Below are positions 1 to 9,793 of a stretch of DNA of 64,000 nucleotides, piece after piece. Under the pieces are notes generated by a model that ran no database searches, was not told where the DNA came from, and saw only the letters and a program-made list of their open reading frames with translations. The DNA is from an uncultured Nitrospiraceae bacterium. Its GTDB lineage: Bacteria; Nitrospirota; Nitrospiria; Nitrospirales; Nitrospiraceae. Position 1 is the first letter of the stretch. Each line of letters begins with the position of its first letter. Made by a program: the position numbers and the translations under genes. The stretch covers positions 2,464,001 through 2,528,000 of the forward strand of contig CAWJWJ010000002.1 of NCBI GenBank assembly GCA_963846575.1, given 5' to 3'.

Positions 1-1243
1 TTGCGCGACGGATTTTATTTTCTCCCCGCTCACAGATATACAGATACCCTTGTGAGTCGAGCGCCAGGCCCACAGGAGAATTGACGACCGCCTCAACCGC
101 CAGAAGGCCATCTCCATGCTTGAGCCCACCGGCCGCATCCTTGGCGACAAAACGAGCGGCACCACAGCCGCCCATGTTTTTATCGTCATAGCCGCTGTCC
201 CCATTCCCGGACACTGTACTGATGAGCCCCGTATCAGCATCGACTTTGCGGACTCTGTGATTACCAGTATCGGAAATGTAGGCGTGATTATGTTGATCGA
301 ACACAATGGCTTCGGGAGCGTGCAACATCGATTTCGTTGCCGGCTTGCCGTCGCCGTCGTAGCCATACCGGCACACCCCGGCAAGAGTTGAGATCAGGCC
401 GGTCTTGCGATCTATTTTCCGTACCCGATTACTCCCCTTGTCCACAACATAGACGTCACCCGCATTGTCTACCGCGATGCCGACAATATCATAGAGCCTC
501 GCATCCATTGCCGGCCGACCGTCATCCAAATACATGGAGAGGCTGAGCCCGTCCGAACAGACCGGCATGAGCCATCCATTGTCATCACTGAAATCGATTC
601 CAATCGCATCGCCGGACAATACGACCAGGCTCCGGGCGACCAGAGGCTGCTCACGGGCCTCGTCTTCCGCGGTCCAGCTTCCCGCAATGGTTTCCACACG
701 GCCGGTTCTCGAATCGTACCGGCGAATCCGATGCGCCTGTGTATCGGCGATATACATCACATCGGCGGCGTCGAATGCTATCGCCGCCGGCCAAGTCAAA
801 TTCACTTCCAATGCCGCGCCATCGCCATTGAACCCGTGCTCACCGGTTCCCACTACGGTCGTAATGATGCCTGTCTCGCGATCGACCTTGCGGATCCGGT
901 TACTGCCTGAATCACAGATATACAGATCGTTATGTGAATCAAACGCCACGTCGAGCGGCAGGTACAGTCCGGCCTCTCCGCAAAGGCCCTCGTCCCCACT
1001 GTAGCAAGTCTCACCAATGCCGGCAAAGTTATGGAGAGTGCCTTCGGCAAGATTGACGCGCCGCACACGATCAGACCCGGATTCGGCGAAATACAGCCAC
1101 CGCTCCTCACGGTCCAAGGCCACGTGGTGAGGAAGGGGGATGCCCGCTTTTACGGCACGTTTGCCGTCTCCGGTGCTTCGGGCTTTGCCGTTTCCTGCGA
1201 AGGTTTCAATGTACCCGATGGCTAACTGGACATCTGTTTCCAT
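1..1243 (-). CDS. NHL-repeat beta-propeller protein (3' end runs off the window)
   Basis: Hand translation from the ATG at 1243 gives METDVQLAIGYIETFAGNG..., with repeated NHL motifs such as PLDVAFDSHNDLYICDSGSNRIRKVD and DSQGYLYICERGENKIRR. The frame is still open at position 2, so it is absent from the ORF track. Only the ends and part of the middle were read. Confidence 0.85.
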   Translation of the reverse strand, partial: METDVQLAIGYIETFAGNGKARSTGDGKRAVKAGIPLPHHVALDREERWLYFAESGSDRVRRVNLAEGTLHNFAGIGETCYSGDEGLCGEAGLYLPLDVAFDSHNDLYICDSGSNRIRKVDRETGIITTVVGTGEHGFNGDGAALEVNLTWPAAIAFDAADVMYIADTQAHRIRRYDSRTGRVETIAGSWTAEDEAREQPLVARSLVVLSGDAIGIDFSDDNGWLMPVCSDGLSLSMYLDDGRPAMDARLYDIVGIAVDNAGDVYVVDKGSNRVRKIDRKTGLISTLAGVCRYGYDGDGKPATKSMLHAPEAIVFDQHNHAYISDTGNHRVRKVDADTGLISTVSGNGDSGYDDKNMGGCGAARFVAKDAAGGLKHGDGLLAVEAVVNSPVGLALDSQGYLYICERGENKIRRA

Positions 1244-1287
1244 AACTTGGTCGATCCGTTCTGTGCTAAGGCCGTTATGTATGCGAT

Positions 1288-1575
1288 CTACGCGCGCGCC
1301 GCTGGAGGCGTAGCGCCTACTGGCTGCTCCACGGAAGGCGGCGGCATGGAGACCGAAGGCTGCGCCTGAATGGCTTGTGCCTGCACCGGTTCGGCCTGCT
1401 GGGCTTGAGCCTGGGCTTCAGCTTCAATCGCGTCCGCCTCGTGGACAGACTTTTTGAACCCCTTAATCGCTTTGCCAATGCCTTCACCCAACTGCGGCAA
1501 TTTCCCGGCCCCGAAGATGATCAGCACGATAAACAGGATCAGGATTAGCTCTGTAAAACCAAGGCTGCCAAACAT
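1288..1575 (-). CDS. tatA: Twin-arginine translocase TatA/E subunit
   Basis: [34 protein letters not shown] is the TatA TM helix, FG hinge and amphipathic helix. Confidence 0.95.
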   Translation of the reverse strand: MFGSLGFTELILILFIVLIIFGAGKLPQLGEGIGKAIKGFKKSVHEADAIEAEAQAQAQQAEPVQAQAIQAQPSVSMPPPSVEQPVGATPPAARA

Positions 1576-1599
1576 GGTGGTTCTCCTTTGCTCACATGT

Positions 1600-2418
1600 T
1601 CAGTGTTCAGGATGCGCTCCCTCTTTTGCCTTCTTCGCGAATCGTTCCTTCAGGCGCTGGCGAGCTTGTTCGGCCTGTTCAAACATCTTGCACTTATCGT
1701 AGACGCTGATCAAATTATAATAGGCCAGCGGCTCATCCGGACTGTGCTCCACAGCACTCTCCATCACCTTGATCGCCAGATCGGTCTTCTTGTGATTGAG
1801 GGCAATTTCCATCAGCTTGAAGCTGGCTTCCAAATGCTTCGGATCCAGTTCGAGAACCCGCAAGTAACACTGGATTGCCATGTCCATGGTGTTATAGTCC
1901 GACACCTGCGGATTGTCGAGTTCCACATAGACGGCCGCGAGATTGTACCATGCCATGGGGTCGTCCGGAGTGATCTCCACGAGTCGTTCATAATAGTTTT
2001 TCGACTCCATGTATTTTCTTTTGTCCGCCTGCACGCGGCCGAGATTGAACAGGGCCAGGACATCGTAGGCATGAACATCAAGGGCCTTCTTGAATTCCGC
2101 CTCGGCCTCATCGATCATACCCTTCGTAGCATAAATGGTCCCGAGGTTTGAGTAATACATGGCGAGTGAGCGGTTCATTTCCGCCCTGAGGCCCTCGGCC
2201 ATCTCAATTGATTTCTTCACTTCGGTCAACGCATCATCCAGGCGACCTTTGCTGAAATACAGTTCCCCCAGCCGACACCGGGCCTGAAAATCATCCGGCT
2301 CGGTGCTGAGCAATTTCTCGATCTCGATAATTTCCTCATCGGGATTCAAGGCTTGATCCTCTGGGTCGATCGCTGCACTGCCTTGCTCCACGCCGGCCGC
2401 TTGTGTCTGTTCATCCAT
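1600..2418 (-). CDS. TPR-repeat protein
   Basis: Multiple TPR motifs (YYSNLGTIY, ALFNLGRV, AWYNLAAVY). The start was moved to MDEQ at 2418 to avoid overlapping the upstream gene. Confidence 0.85.
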   Translation of the reverse strand: MDEQTQAAGVEQGSAAIDPEDQALNPDEEIIEIEKLLSTEPDDFQARCRLGELYFSKGRLDDALTEVKKSIEMAEGLRAEMNRSLAMYYSNLGTIYATKGMIDEAEAEFKKALDVHAYDVLALFNLGRVQADKRKYMESKNYYERLVEITPDDPMAWYNLAAVYVELDNPQVSDYNTMDMAIQCYLRVLELDPKHLEASFKLMEIALNHKKTDLAIKVMESAVEHSPDEPLAYYNLISVYDKCKMFEQAEQARQRLKERFAKKAKEGAHPEH

Positions 2419-2452
2419 AGCTACGTATCCTAATCTGGGTGACGAAAAGAAA

Positions 2453-3574
2453 TTAAATTTGTCCACCAACAAAAGAATCCTGCGAGCCCATGAGCGGAGG
2501 CTTGGTCACCGCCGCCTGTTCCATCGAGGCACCCTGGGGCCGGTCGAGCGTGAGTAACATCACCCCGAGAATGACCATGAGGCTCAAATTTGAAAATAGC
2601 AACGCATACCCGGCGATAAACATCAAAGCAAGCCCATATCCCGCAAGGCGTCCCATCGTGACAAGCCTGATCACCGTATAAGACCAGCAGAGAAGTCCTG
2701 CAACGTAAAACGCGAAGGGCAAGTAGAAGGTATACCCCATGCCCATCTGAAAGATCCAGCTGATCCCCTCACCGGCTTTCCGGATCGAATGGGCCAGCAC
2801 TGGATTGTAGAGTCCCAGAAAATAGTCCATGAACAACAAGGCGAAAAACACGACGACCGAGACCCCCCCGAACCAGATCGCGCGCCGCCGCTGCTGTCGA
2901 TTTCTGGTCCGAAACGACACACCCTGACCATACGCGAAGAACACGAGGATGCTCGCAAGAACCATCAGAGCTTCGCCGAGACGATTGGCTTCATAGACGA
3001 GCGGCGGAGCCGCAATCACCCCCATCCACCCATAGGTGGTGGAGAAAATCTGGTAGTAGAGCCATCCTGAAATACCCAAATAATAGGTCGCGCCCATGAT
3101 CCGCTTCGACCACTCCTTATGCTGCGACAGATATTCAATCATTAAGGCGGTCAGCGCGATAAGTGTAGTGACATTGTACGCAATGGAGCCCAGCATGGCC
3201 GGCGGCACGATCAGGAAGGCGACGGTAAGTATCAACAGCAGCCCCACGCTTGGAATGGTGACGGCATGGATACCGGTGAGGCCTCTGGCCCGCATTCTAT
3301 TTACTAACAGGACAACGAGGGCTAGGAAGACGAAGATCGCTACGACATTCAACAGGGCGAAGCCGACGGAAGTGAGTAGCTGAAATGTAGTTCCGACCCA
3401 CTCATGTTGCGCAGCAATTTTGCTGATATGCATCCCGAGGCGGGAAACAAGTCGATAGAGAACCAGTTCAAAAAAACCGACGAACAGTACCAGCTTGATA
3501 GTGTATTCGAACAGTAAGCCCTGATCCTGAACCCGTCCAGTGGAGCGTTCGACCGTGGCGGCTATGCCAGACAT
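2453..3574 (-). CDS. Polytopic membrane protein of unknown function (about 10 TM)
   Basis: Many hydrophobic segments. The likely start is MSGIAA at 3574, after a G-rich RBS. Confidence 0.8.
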   Translation of the reverse strand: MSGIAATVERSTGRVQDQGLLFEYTIKLVLFVGFFELVLYRLVSRLGMHISKIAAQHEWVGTTFQLLTSVGFALLNVVAIFVFLALVVLLVNRMRARGLTGIHAVTIPSVGLLLILTVAFLIVPPAMLGSIAYNVTTLIALTALMIEYLSQHKEWSKRIMGATYYLGISGWLYYQIFSTTYGWMGVIAAPPLVYEANRLGEALMVLASILVFFAYGQGVSFRTRNRQQRRRAIWFGGVSVVVFFALLFMDYFLGLYNPVLAHSIRKAGEGISWIFQMGMGYTFYLPFAFYVAGLLCWSYTVIRLVTMGRLAGYGLALMFIAGYALLFSNLSLMVILGVMLLTLDRPQGASMEQAAVTKPPLMGSQDSFVGGQI

Positions 3575-3651
3575 TTCTAGCCCCCTGTGCAAAACGTTAG
3601 GATGGCCCAAACACCGACGATGGACCCTCATCCGCGAGAACTTTCGAGAGT

Positions 3652-5433
3652 CTAGGAGCCGGTCGGCTGGGGCACTTGCAACGCTTGCGATTTAGCCCGG
3701 GCAATGTATAACAACCCGTCGGCCATTGAATAGTTAAACGGCAGCTCACACACGACTTCACTGATTTTTTCATACACCTGCTGATACAACTGTTCGGCCT
3801 GAGCAGGAGTCATCCCTTCTTGTACTTCATAGAAGAAGCCCAGGCTCAAATCCTCTGTAGCAGGCCTCATAATTCGTCGGATACCGTAACTGCCTGGATC
3901 ACTCATGATCGGCGCTTCTTTTTCCAAGTCGAAAAGGCAGGGTTGGCACGAAAACCCGTAGGACTGGTTGAGCTTGGTATTCCCGACCACGAAGTTCATC
4001 GTATCGAGTGCTTCCTCTTCCTTTTCCGTGGGGAATCCGACGATCACATAACAATGTACGGCAATGCCAAGATCGACGCAATCATCTGCGATCCGACGCA
4101 CCGACTCCTGCTTGATCCCCTTCTTCATGAAATCCATGACCCGCTGATTGAACGACTCAAGACCAAATACGATTTTCAAACAGCCTGCGTCCCGCATCTG
4201 CGTGAGCAATTCGCGTGTGAGGTTTTTCTCGAACCGTAACTCACAGGTCCATTTCACATTTAACTGACGGTCGATCATTTGCTGGCAGAGGCGTTTGGTC
4301 GGAGACAAGGCAAAACATTCATCGGTGAAGAAAAAGGACTCCGCCCCATAACGTTCCTTTAACCAGGCCAGATCGTCGACGGTTTTTCCTGGGTCACGCT
4401 GACGGAAATTCTGGTGATCCAGTGTCAGCGCGCAGAAGGCGCAGTCCTTGTAATAACACCCCCGGGAAAATTGCACAGGCAGAACGGGTTCCGGCGATAG
4501 GTACAGATCGAGCGGAAACCCATCGTAGTTCGGGGCCGTGAGCTGGTTTATGTTTTCAGAGTAAAATGGCTGATTGACCGTGATTTTGTCATTCTGCCTG
4601 TAAATCAGATTGGGGACTTTACTGAAGTCCCGTTTACCGTCCATCTGATTGACAAGTTCCAGGAGAGCCGTTTCTCCCTCAAAAACCACAAAATCATCGA
4701 CAAGGTCAAAGAGCCAGGGGCAGCGCCGCAGGTTATCTACAAGCCTGGTAAAAATACTTCCGCCAACCGTTACATGCATTTCCGGTGCATGCTCTTTAAT
4801 CAATCGGCAGAGTGTCAGGCCCGGGATAATTTGTGAGGTAGCAGTAATAGACACGCCGACCAAATCCGGACGATCCGTCAAAAGGGACGGCAACACATGA
4901 TCGCGGAATAAACTTACATATGGGTTCTGAGTCTCATCGCGAATGGCCTTCACCAGGTCTTTGGACGAATAGATCGAGTAGTCTCCAAACTGGTTGTCGA
5001 CGACAGTCATCCGTGTCGGGAAATACAGAGACGAAATCACCTCAAGCCATTTATCGATCAGGAAAAGACTGTTGCGGTAAGCCTCAATATCATAGAAACC
5101 CTCGCCTCTCAAAGTCTCCTTCGCCAATTCGATTCGCTCGAACAGATAGGGAAATCGATCCAGAGACTCGATGATCTTTGCAAGTTGTTCAGCGCTACCC
5201 GGGCCGGTTTCACCCGTGCGCTCACGCTCGAGGTCATGTTGCTTACCCACCAGCTGCTGATAAAGATTCTGTGCAAATGTCTGCGTTAGGACCTTATCCA
5301 ACAATTCAATGCCGAGATCGCGCTGAGAGACATTTTTCACACCCGCCTGCGCAAGAAACCCCGTAAGCGAAGGCAGGCTCAGGTAGGGCTGGGAGGGGTG
5401 CCAAGTGGGAGGAAACAAAAGTGAAACTTTCAT
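3652..5433 (-). CDS. B12-binding-domain radical SAM protein
   Basis: N-terminal LLFPP..PYLSLPSL, cobalamin-domain PDLVGVS..VTVGG, and SRGCYYKDCAFC cluster motif (Cx4Cx2C), followed by FGLES and IVGFPTE. Confidence 0.9.
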   Translation of the reverse strand: MKVSLLFPPTWHPSQPYLSLPSLTGFLAQAGVKNVSQRDLGIELLDKVLTQTFAQNLYQQLVGKQHDLERERTGETGPGSAEQLAKIIESLDRFPYLFERIELAKETLRGEGFYDIEAYRNSLFLIDKWLEVISSLYFPTRMTVVDNQFGDYSIYSSKDLVKAIRDETQNPYVSLFRDHVLPSLLTDRPDLVGVSITATSQIIPGLTLCRLIKEHAPEMHVTVGGSIFTRLVDNLRRCPWLFDLVDDFVVFEGETALLELVNQMDGKRDFSKVPNLIYRQNDKITVNQPFYSENINQLTAPNYDGFPLDLYLSPEPVLPVQFSRGCYYKDCAFCALTLDHQNFRQRDPGKTVDDLAWLKERYGAESFFFTDECFALSPTKRLCQQMIDRQLNVKWTCELRFEKNLTRELLTQMRDAGCLKIVFGLESFNQRVMDFMKKGIKQESVRRIADDCVDLGIAVHCYVIVGFPTEKEEEALDTMNFVVGNTKLNQSYGFSCQPCLFDLEKEAPIMSDPGSYGIRRIMRPATEDLSLGFFYEVQEGMTPAQAEQLYQQVYEKISEVVCELPFNYSMADGLLYIARAKSQALQVPQPTGS

Positions 5434-5591
5434 AAGGCAATCTTTATATTAAGCAGGAAAATCAGGGTTTTCAGTAGCATTACGCCGTATCGGTTTATAC
5501 ACTCCGCTCCCGTTCAAATGCAACCCTGCGCGACCAGCAGGCCGCAAGAAATCACAATTCTTAAGTGCATGCCTGCCCCTTATAAATGCAC

Positions 5592-5638
5592 GAAGGCCCC
5601 GATCCTTTTTGCCCTTCCAGGCAACGGCTCGGGGCCTC
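5592..5638 (-). terminator. Stem-loop downstream of the NxrC-like gene (probable terminator)
   Basis: Inverted repeat gaaggccccga...tcggggcctc with an inner ttgcc/ggcaa stem. The U-tract is weak. Confidence 0.5.
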
Positions 5639-5706
5639 CTGCAACCATTTAGAAACGATACTCCTACTCGACGACTGAGTAGAAGATCTTCCCTAGCTCA
5701 CTTGGT

Positions 5707-6660
5707 TTACGGCAGCTTCAATGTAAACCAGGTGGAGAGTGCCTTCATACCGTTTCGTTCGATGTTGTTACCATCCCACACTGCAAACGCGATGGGCACG
5801 GAGGCTCCACCCTTAAATTGCGTGTCGTTTGCATCGCCAGTCTCCAGCGAACGCTTCACGACCACACGCCAAGTTGGGCCTGAGTATCCACCACCCTTGA
5901 GGGACCCTGACGGCTCCCACACACCATTGCCGATCACATCCTGGTGGGCTTGCGTGGTTAAGGTGCTAAACCCGTTAGCATTCAGATCCTCGACGGAGCT
6001 GACGCGCAGGGTTGGATCCGACATAATGTTACCGGACCAAATACCGCTGTTGAATGGACCAAGACTCCGACCGATACGATCAGGATAGGTGACCCCACCA
6101 GCTGGCTCCTCGAAATAGTAGTCCCAGAAGATACCAGGATATTGGTCATCCACATCCCACATTCCGGCGCTGTCCTTACCAAGATCCTTCTGCCACTCCG
6201 CGTTCCAGCGCCAGATATTGACCGTACCTCCAGACTGTCCCATACACTGAAATGGCGGTGCTCCCGCGGTGTTCACGGGGAACATGATCGCCACCTGATC
6301 ACGAAAATCCTGCGGTCCGATCGCCGTGTCGTTCTTGGTCTGATCGTTCCAATCGAGGCGCAAGCCTAACTCTTTCCCATTCGTAACCGCCTTCACAAAT
6401 ACCGACTTCACCGAAATATTCGGATGCATCGGTGTCGTGATGGTCTGGCCGCTCAACGGAATAATGACACCCGGCACTCCTTCCCAGATGGGGTTTGCAC
6501 CGTCCATCGGGATTGCCCCCTTGATCGCCTTCGCGGGAATGGTCACCGGTTGGCTGACCGCGAGAGGCACCTGCCCGATCGTCAACATAATGCCAACGAT
6601 CAGCGCAGAGAACAGTATGCCAAACACCAAACGCTTGTTGCGTGTCTGCACCAGTCTCAT
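5707..6660 (-). CDS. EbdC/DMSO-reductase type II gamma-subunit-like heme b protein (candidate NXR gamma, NxrC-like)
   Basis: N-terminal TM/signal, FRDQVAIMFP, MGQ..VNIWRW and FAVWDG..ERNGMK motifs carrying the EbdC Met/Lys heme ligands. It lies next to a TorD gene. Start at 6660 after GAGGAGG. Confidence 0.85.
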   Translation of the reverse strand: MRLVQTRNKRLVFGILFSALIVGIMLTIGQVPLAVSQPVTIPAKAIKGAIPMDGANPIWEGVPGVIIPLSGQTITTPMHPNISVKSVFVKAVTNGKELGLRLDWNDQTKNDTAIGPQDFRDQVAIMFPVNTAGAPPFQCMGQSGGTVNIWRWNAEWQKDLGKDSAGMWDVDDQYPGIFWDYYFEEPAGGVTYPDRIGRSLGPFNSGIWSGNIMSDPTLRVSSVEDLNANGFSTLTTQAHQDVIGNGVWEPSGSLKGGGYSGPTWRVVVKRSLETGDANDTQFKGGASVPIAFAVWDGNNIERNGMKALSTWFTLKLP

Positions 6661-6759
6661 TGCGTATGCCCTCCTCTGAAAGATTAATAAGAAAAAGAAC
6701 TGAGCCCTTATAACGTCCACCGAAAACCGAATCCCGCACTGCCCGCGAACCGAGAACCC

Positions 6760-7737
6760 CTACGCAGTTCCGACGGGGCCTTCACCTTTTTCGCCGTCCT
6801 TCTCTTTAACTTTCTGATCCATGAAGGACTCGGCTCCGACCTCGCTCAGCAGCATACTGAGCTCATTTCCCTTGTCCTGCGCCCCACACTCGTAGGTTTG
6901 ACCTTCCGGAGCATTGAAGGTAGCTGGTCTATAGTCCGCCTCAGAATACGGCTGCACAGTAACTCCGAGGAAGGCGACCTCAAAATCCATCCACTCCGAC
7001 ATACAGTCGGCGATTAGCTTGAACAATCCAGTATCGGACTTTTTCGATAACATCCGACAAAACAAAGGCACCCATCGTCCGATGTGATTTCTAATGAACT
7101 TCTTCTGCGCGTCAACCACAATGTCGGTCTTGTCCATTCCATCGTGGCAACGTGAATAGGATTCCTTGTAGGTCAGAAAGTGCATGAACTCGAGTTCGAC
7201 ACTGAGGTGATCCAGGCGTTCATGAACATCTTTGGAAAGCTCGACACCGAAAGCCTTATAAAATCCTGCGATGTCACCCATCACATGGGACTGGGCGAAG
7301 ACGTGATCGTTGCCGAAGAGGGTTTCATAGGGCGGACAATCGAGGGTAATAACGTTGGTGAATACCCGACGATGTTCGGTTTGGAGATCACCAATCTGCC
7401 AGTTGACACATTCCGCTGACACGAGCTTTTCAATCTGGTCAAATTGTTTTTTCATCAGCCCAATCTTTTGGACCGCTCGATCACCGCCCATACCGTCTAA
7501 CGCCAGACGCAACCCTTCAAGGGCAGCTCGTCCGTCTTCGACGAATTCACCGCACTGTAGGTAGTCCAAGAATTCTTCATCCTCCGGATACAACAGACTC
7601 CAGGAGAACAGAAGATAAATTTTGCTTCGATTGAGAGCGCGTTCAACGGCTGGCGAATCTTTGATGGCGACAGTCTTTGGGGGAGCGACTGCGGTAGAGG
7701 ACGGGGAGGTGGGCTGCACGACTTGTTTCGATGTCAT
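6760..7737 (-). CDS. TorD/DmsD-family molybdoenzyme chaperone
   Basis: PPYET and ERLDHLSVELEFM family motifs. Start MTSK at 7737 after GAGGAG. Confidence 0.9.
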   Translation of the reverse strand: MTSKQVVQPTSPSSTAVAPPKTVAIKDSPAVERALNRSKIYLLFSWSLLYPEDEEFLDYLQCGEFVEDGRAALEGLRLALDGMGGDRAVQKIGLMKKQFDQIEKLVSAECVNWQIGDLQTEHRRVFTNVITLDCPPYETLFGNDHVFAQSHVMGDIAGFYKAFGVELSKDVHERLDHLSVELEFMHFLTYKESYSRCHDGMDKTDIVVDAQKKFIRNHIGRWVPLFCRMLSKKSDTGLFKLIADCMSEWMDFEVAFLGVTVQPYSEADYRPATFNAPEGQTYECGAQDKGNELSMLLSEVGAESFMDQKVKEKDGEKGEGPVGTA

Positions 7738-7820
7738 ACGTTTATTGCTCCTCACCTCAACATGTTGCGCAACTTTTCCGCACACTACGCAACATCTGAG
7801 TCCTGCGGCACAGGAGGCGT

Positions 7821-7849
7821 ATGATAGGTAAAGGAGGAAGGGATGTCAA
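7821..7849 (-). promoter_or_regulatory. sigma70 promoter TTGACA-N17-TATCAT for torD/nxrC-like operon
   Basis: On the + strand, atgata is at 7821-7826 and tgtcaa at 7844-7849, giving a 17 nt spacer. Confidence 0.75.
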
Positions 7850-7946
7850 GCACGAACTCACCTCCGTTTGCCCTCGCCGCAAGTGCCATCGTTTCAATAA
7901 TTTTCTTGACGATCTCATCCGTTCTTCACGCATCTGTGTACGGATA

Positions 7947-8552
7947 TCACCATCCCAGGGCCCCGGCAGCAAGATTTCGCGCCGGCGTGACCTTAATGGC
8001 AATACGATCGTTCACGGTCTTGCAAATCTGCTCGCACATACCACATCCGACACAACGCTCTTGAGCCACCACCAGATGCATGGCATTAAAATCCATGGAC
8101 AGCGCATCGACCGGACACTTGGACACGCAGGCATGACAACCTTGCCCAGCCGTACAGACGCGGTGCAAAACCATCGCCACCCCCATCCGAACGTCCGAAT
8201 GATCCGCGACCGGCAGGAGCGCCTCAGTCGCACAAGCTGAAATGCAAGGGAAATCCTCGCATAGCTCGCAGGCGACTTGATTCGCAAAAATCACCGGACT
8301 GCCGCTTGCCACATCGGCAACGATCGCCCCGGGAGGGCAAGCCTTGATACAATCACTGCATCGCGTGCAGCGCTCAAGAAACGTTACTTCATCAACCGCA
8401 CCCGGCGGCCGTAGCCAGTCCATCCGCACCGGAGCAGCAGGCTGTTCACGGGGTGCATCTTTGTGAGCGGCGAACTCCCTCGCCGCCTTAGCTACCGACA
8501 CAACGGAGTCTTTCAAAAAATCCCGGCGCCCGTATTTCGGATCACTGGTCAT
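7947..8552 (-). CDS. NapF/NapG-like polyferredoxin (four 4Fe-4S clusters)
   Basis: LRPPGA, CTRCSDCIKACP, CELCEDFPCISAC, CTAGQGCHACVSKCP and CVGCGMCEQIC motifs, plus an N-terminal GRRDFLK. Confidence 0.9.
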   Translation of the reverse strand: MTSDPKYGRRDFLKDSVVSVAKAAREFAAHKDAPREQPAAPVRMDWLRPPGAVDEVTFLERCTRCSDCIKACPPGAIVADVASGSPVIFANQVACELCEDFPCISACATEALLPVADHSDVRMGVAMVLHRVCTAGQGCHACVSKCPVDALSMDFNAMHLVVAQERCVGCGMCEQICKTVNDRIAIKVTPARNLAAGALGW

Positions 8553-8564
8553 GACGGTTCCTGA

Positions 8565-9596
8565 CTACATCACACCGTCGGCGCGCAACTTGTAGACCTC
8601 TACACAACGATCGCAGGCGCCATATTCCACATCCCATCCCGGATGATTCTCACGGATGAAGTCCAGGATGTACCCCTCCAACTTGGTCTCCATATCCTCC
8701 ACCCATGAATAGGTTGGGAAGCGACAAAGCGGACAAGGGAATCCCGGCATAAGCATCACCTTGTTGGTGGTCTCCGGAACCTCCCCCCCTTCGACATCCA
8801 CCGCGCGATCTAAAATCCGCAGAGTATCGGTGGCCATTTCGACCAATTCGGAATGGGTGAAATAGCTGGTCTGCCACAAACCTTCAAACACGGACTTCAA
8901 CTGAGCGGGCGGAATTTTTCTATACCACGACCGAAACTCTTTGAACCGATCTTCCTTTGACAACATCGGTTCTTTGCTGGTCGCGATCAACCGGCTGTCG
9001 ACGCTGATATTCCAAAGAATCCGGTACCGGTGCAGAATCAGCGTTTCCTCTCCCGGGTTCTGGCCGACCCTTGTGTCAGGGTCATACCCGAAGCCAGGAT
9101 CGAGCATGTCATGAATATGCATCAGTTCGTGACGACAGTATCGCGTTAGGGCCGGATCGTAAAACCGCCGCGGGATCAGCTTGATACCGACTCCCTTCAA
9201 ACCCTTTTCTTCGAATTGCTTAGCCAGATCGTGTTCGACAGATCCCCATTTGCGTAGGATATCGACCCCTTCCTGATCTTCCTTGAGGACTCCTTTCACG
9301 AGCACAATGCCGACCCGCTGTTTCAGCTCAGGAAACTCCAAAAAAGCGTCGCGAATAATATCCGAAAACCCCCAAATCCCGAACAAATACTGGTAGAGCT
9401 TCTTGAACTCCGCTTCGCGATCATCGAGGGTGAACTTCTCATAGATCGGATCGGCCAATTCGTGGAACTCTTTGTAGTAGGTAGGATCCCCTTCTCGCTC
9501 GGTCTTCTCAATGAAGGAGTCGATCACCTCCTGCAGCAAAGCCGGCTGAAAACGGATTTCCATCGCCTGCCTGGATACTTCCACTCCGGTTGCCAT
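8565..9596 (-). CDS. Hypothetical protein with HExxH motif and C-terminal CxxC/CxxC
   Basis: 343 aa ORF in operon position with RHELMH, CPLC and CDRC. Confidence 0.8.
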   Translation of the reverse strand: MATGVEVSRQAMEIRFQPALLQEVIDSFIEKTEREGDPTYYKEFHELADPIYEKFTLDDREAEFKKLYQYLFGIWGFSDIIRDAFLEFPELKQRVGIVLVKGVLKEDQEGVDILRKWGSVEHDLAKQFEEKGLKGVGIKLIPRRFYDPALTRYCRHELMHIHDMLDPGFGYDPDTRVGQNPGEETLILHRYRILWNISVDSRLIATSKEPMLSKEDRFKEFRSWYRKIPPAQLKSVFEGLWQTSYFTHSELVEMATDTLRILDRAVDVEGGEVPETTNKVMLMPGFPCPLCRFPTYSWVEDMETKLEGYILDFIRENHPGWDVEYGACDRCVEVYKLRADGVM

Positions 9597-9650
9597 AAGA
9601 CCTCACATGTCTGGTTCAGTGAAGAGATGAAACCCGCGCGAGTACCGTGC

Positions 9651-9680
9651 TTGACTTGCTCCCGGTCCTTCTCTTACGAT
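9651..9680 (+). promoter_or_regulatory. Possible sigma70 promoter TTGACT-N18-TACGAT for the WD40 gene
   Basis: Hexamers at 9651-9656 and 9675-9680, upstream of the ATG at 9794. Confidence 0.45.
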
Positions 9681-9793
9681 CATCGAAACGAGCGCAGATT
9701 ATACAAACCCCTCGACGATTTTTGCAAACCGCTGAGGATCAGGCAGGGGCCAGGGTGGCTCCCGCTCAGACTTTGGTACGAGGCACAGATTAT

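Noticed and set aside
7870..7890. TGGCAC as a sigma54 promoter upstream of torD
   Set aside because: There is no GC at the required GG-N10-GC position.
7757..8002. 81 aa ORF between the ferredoxin and torD
   Set aside because: It overlaps the neighbouring gene and spans the promoter, and its Arg/Leu-rich composition has no motif.
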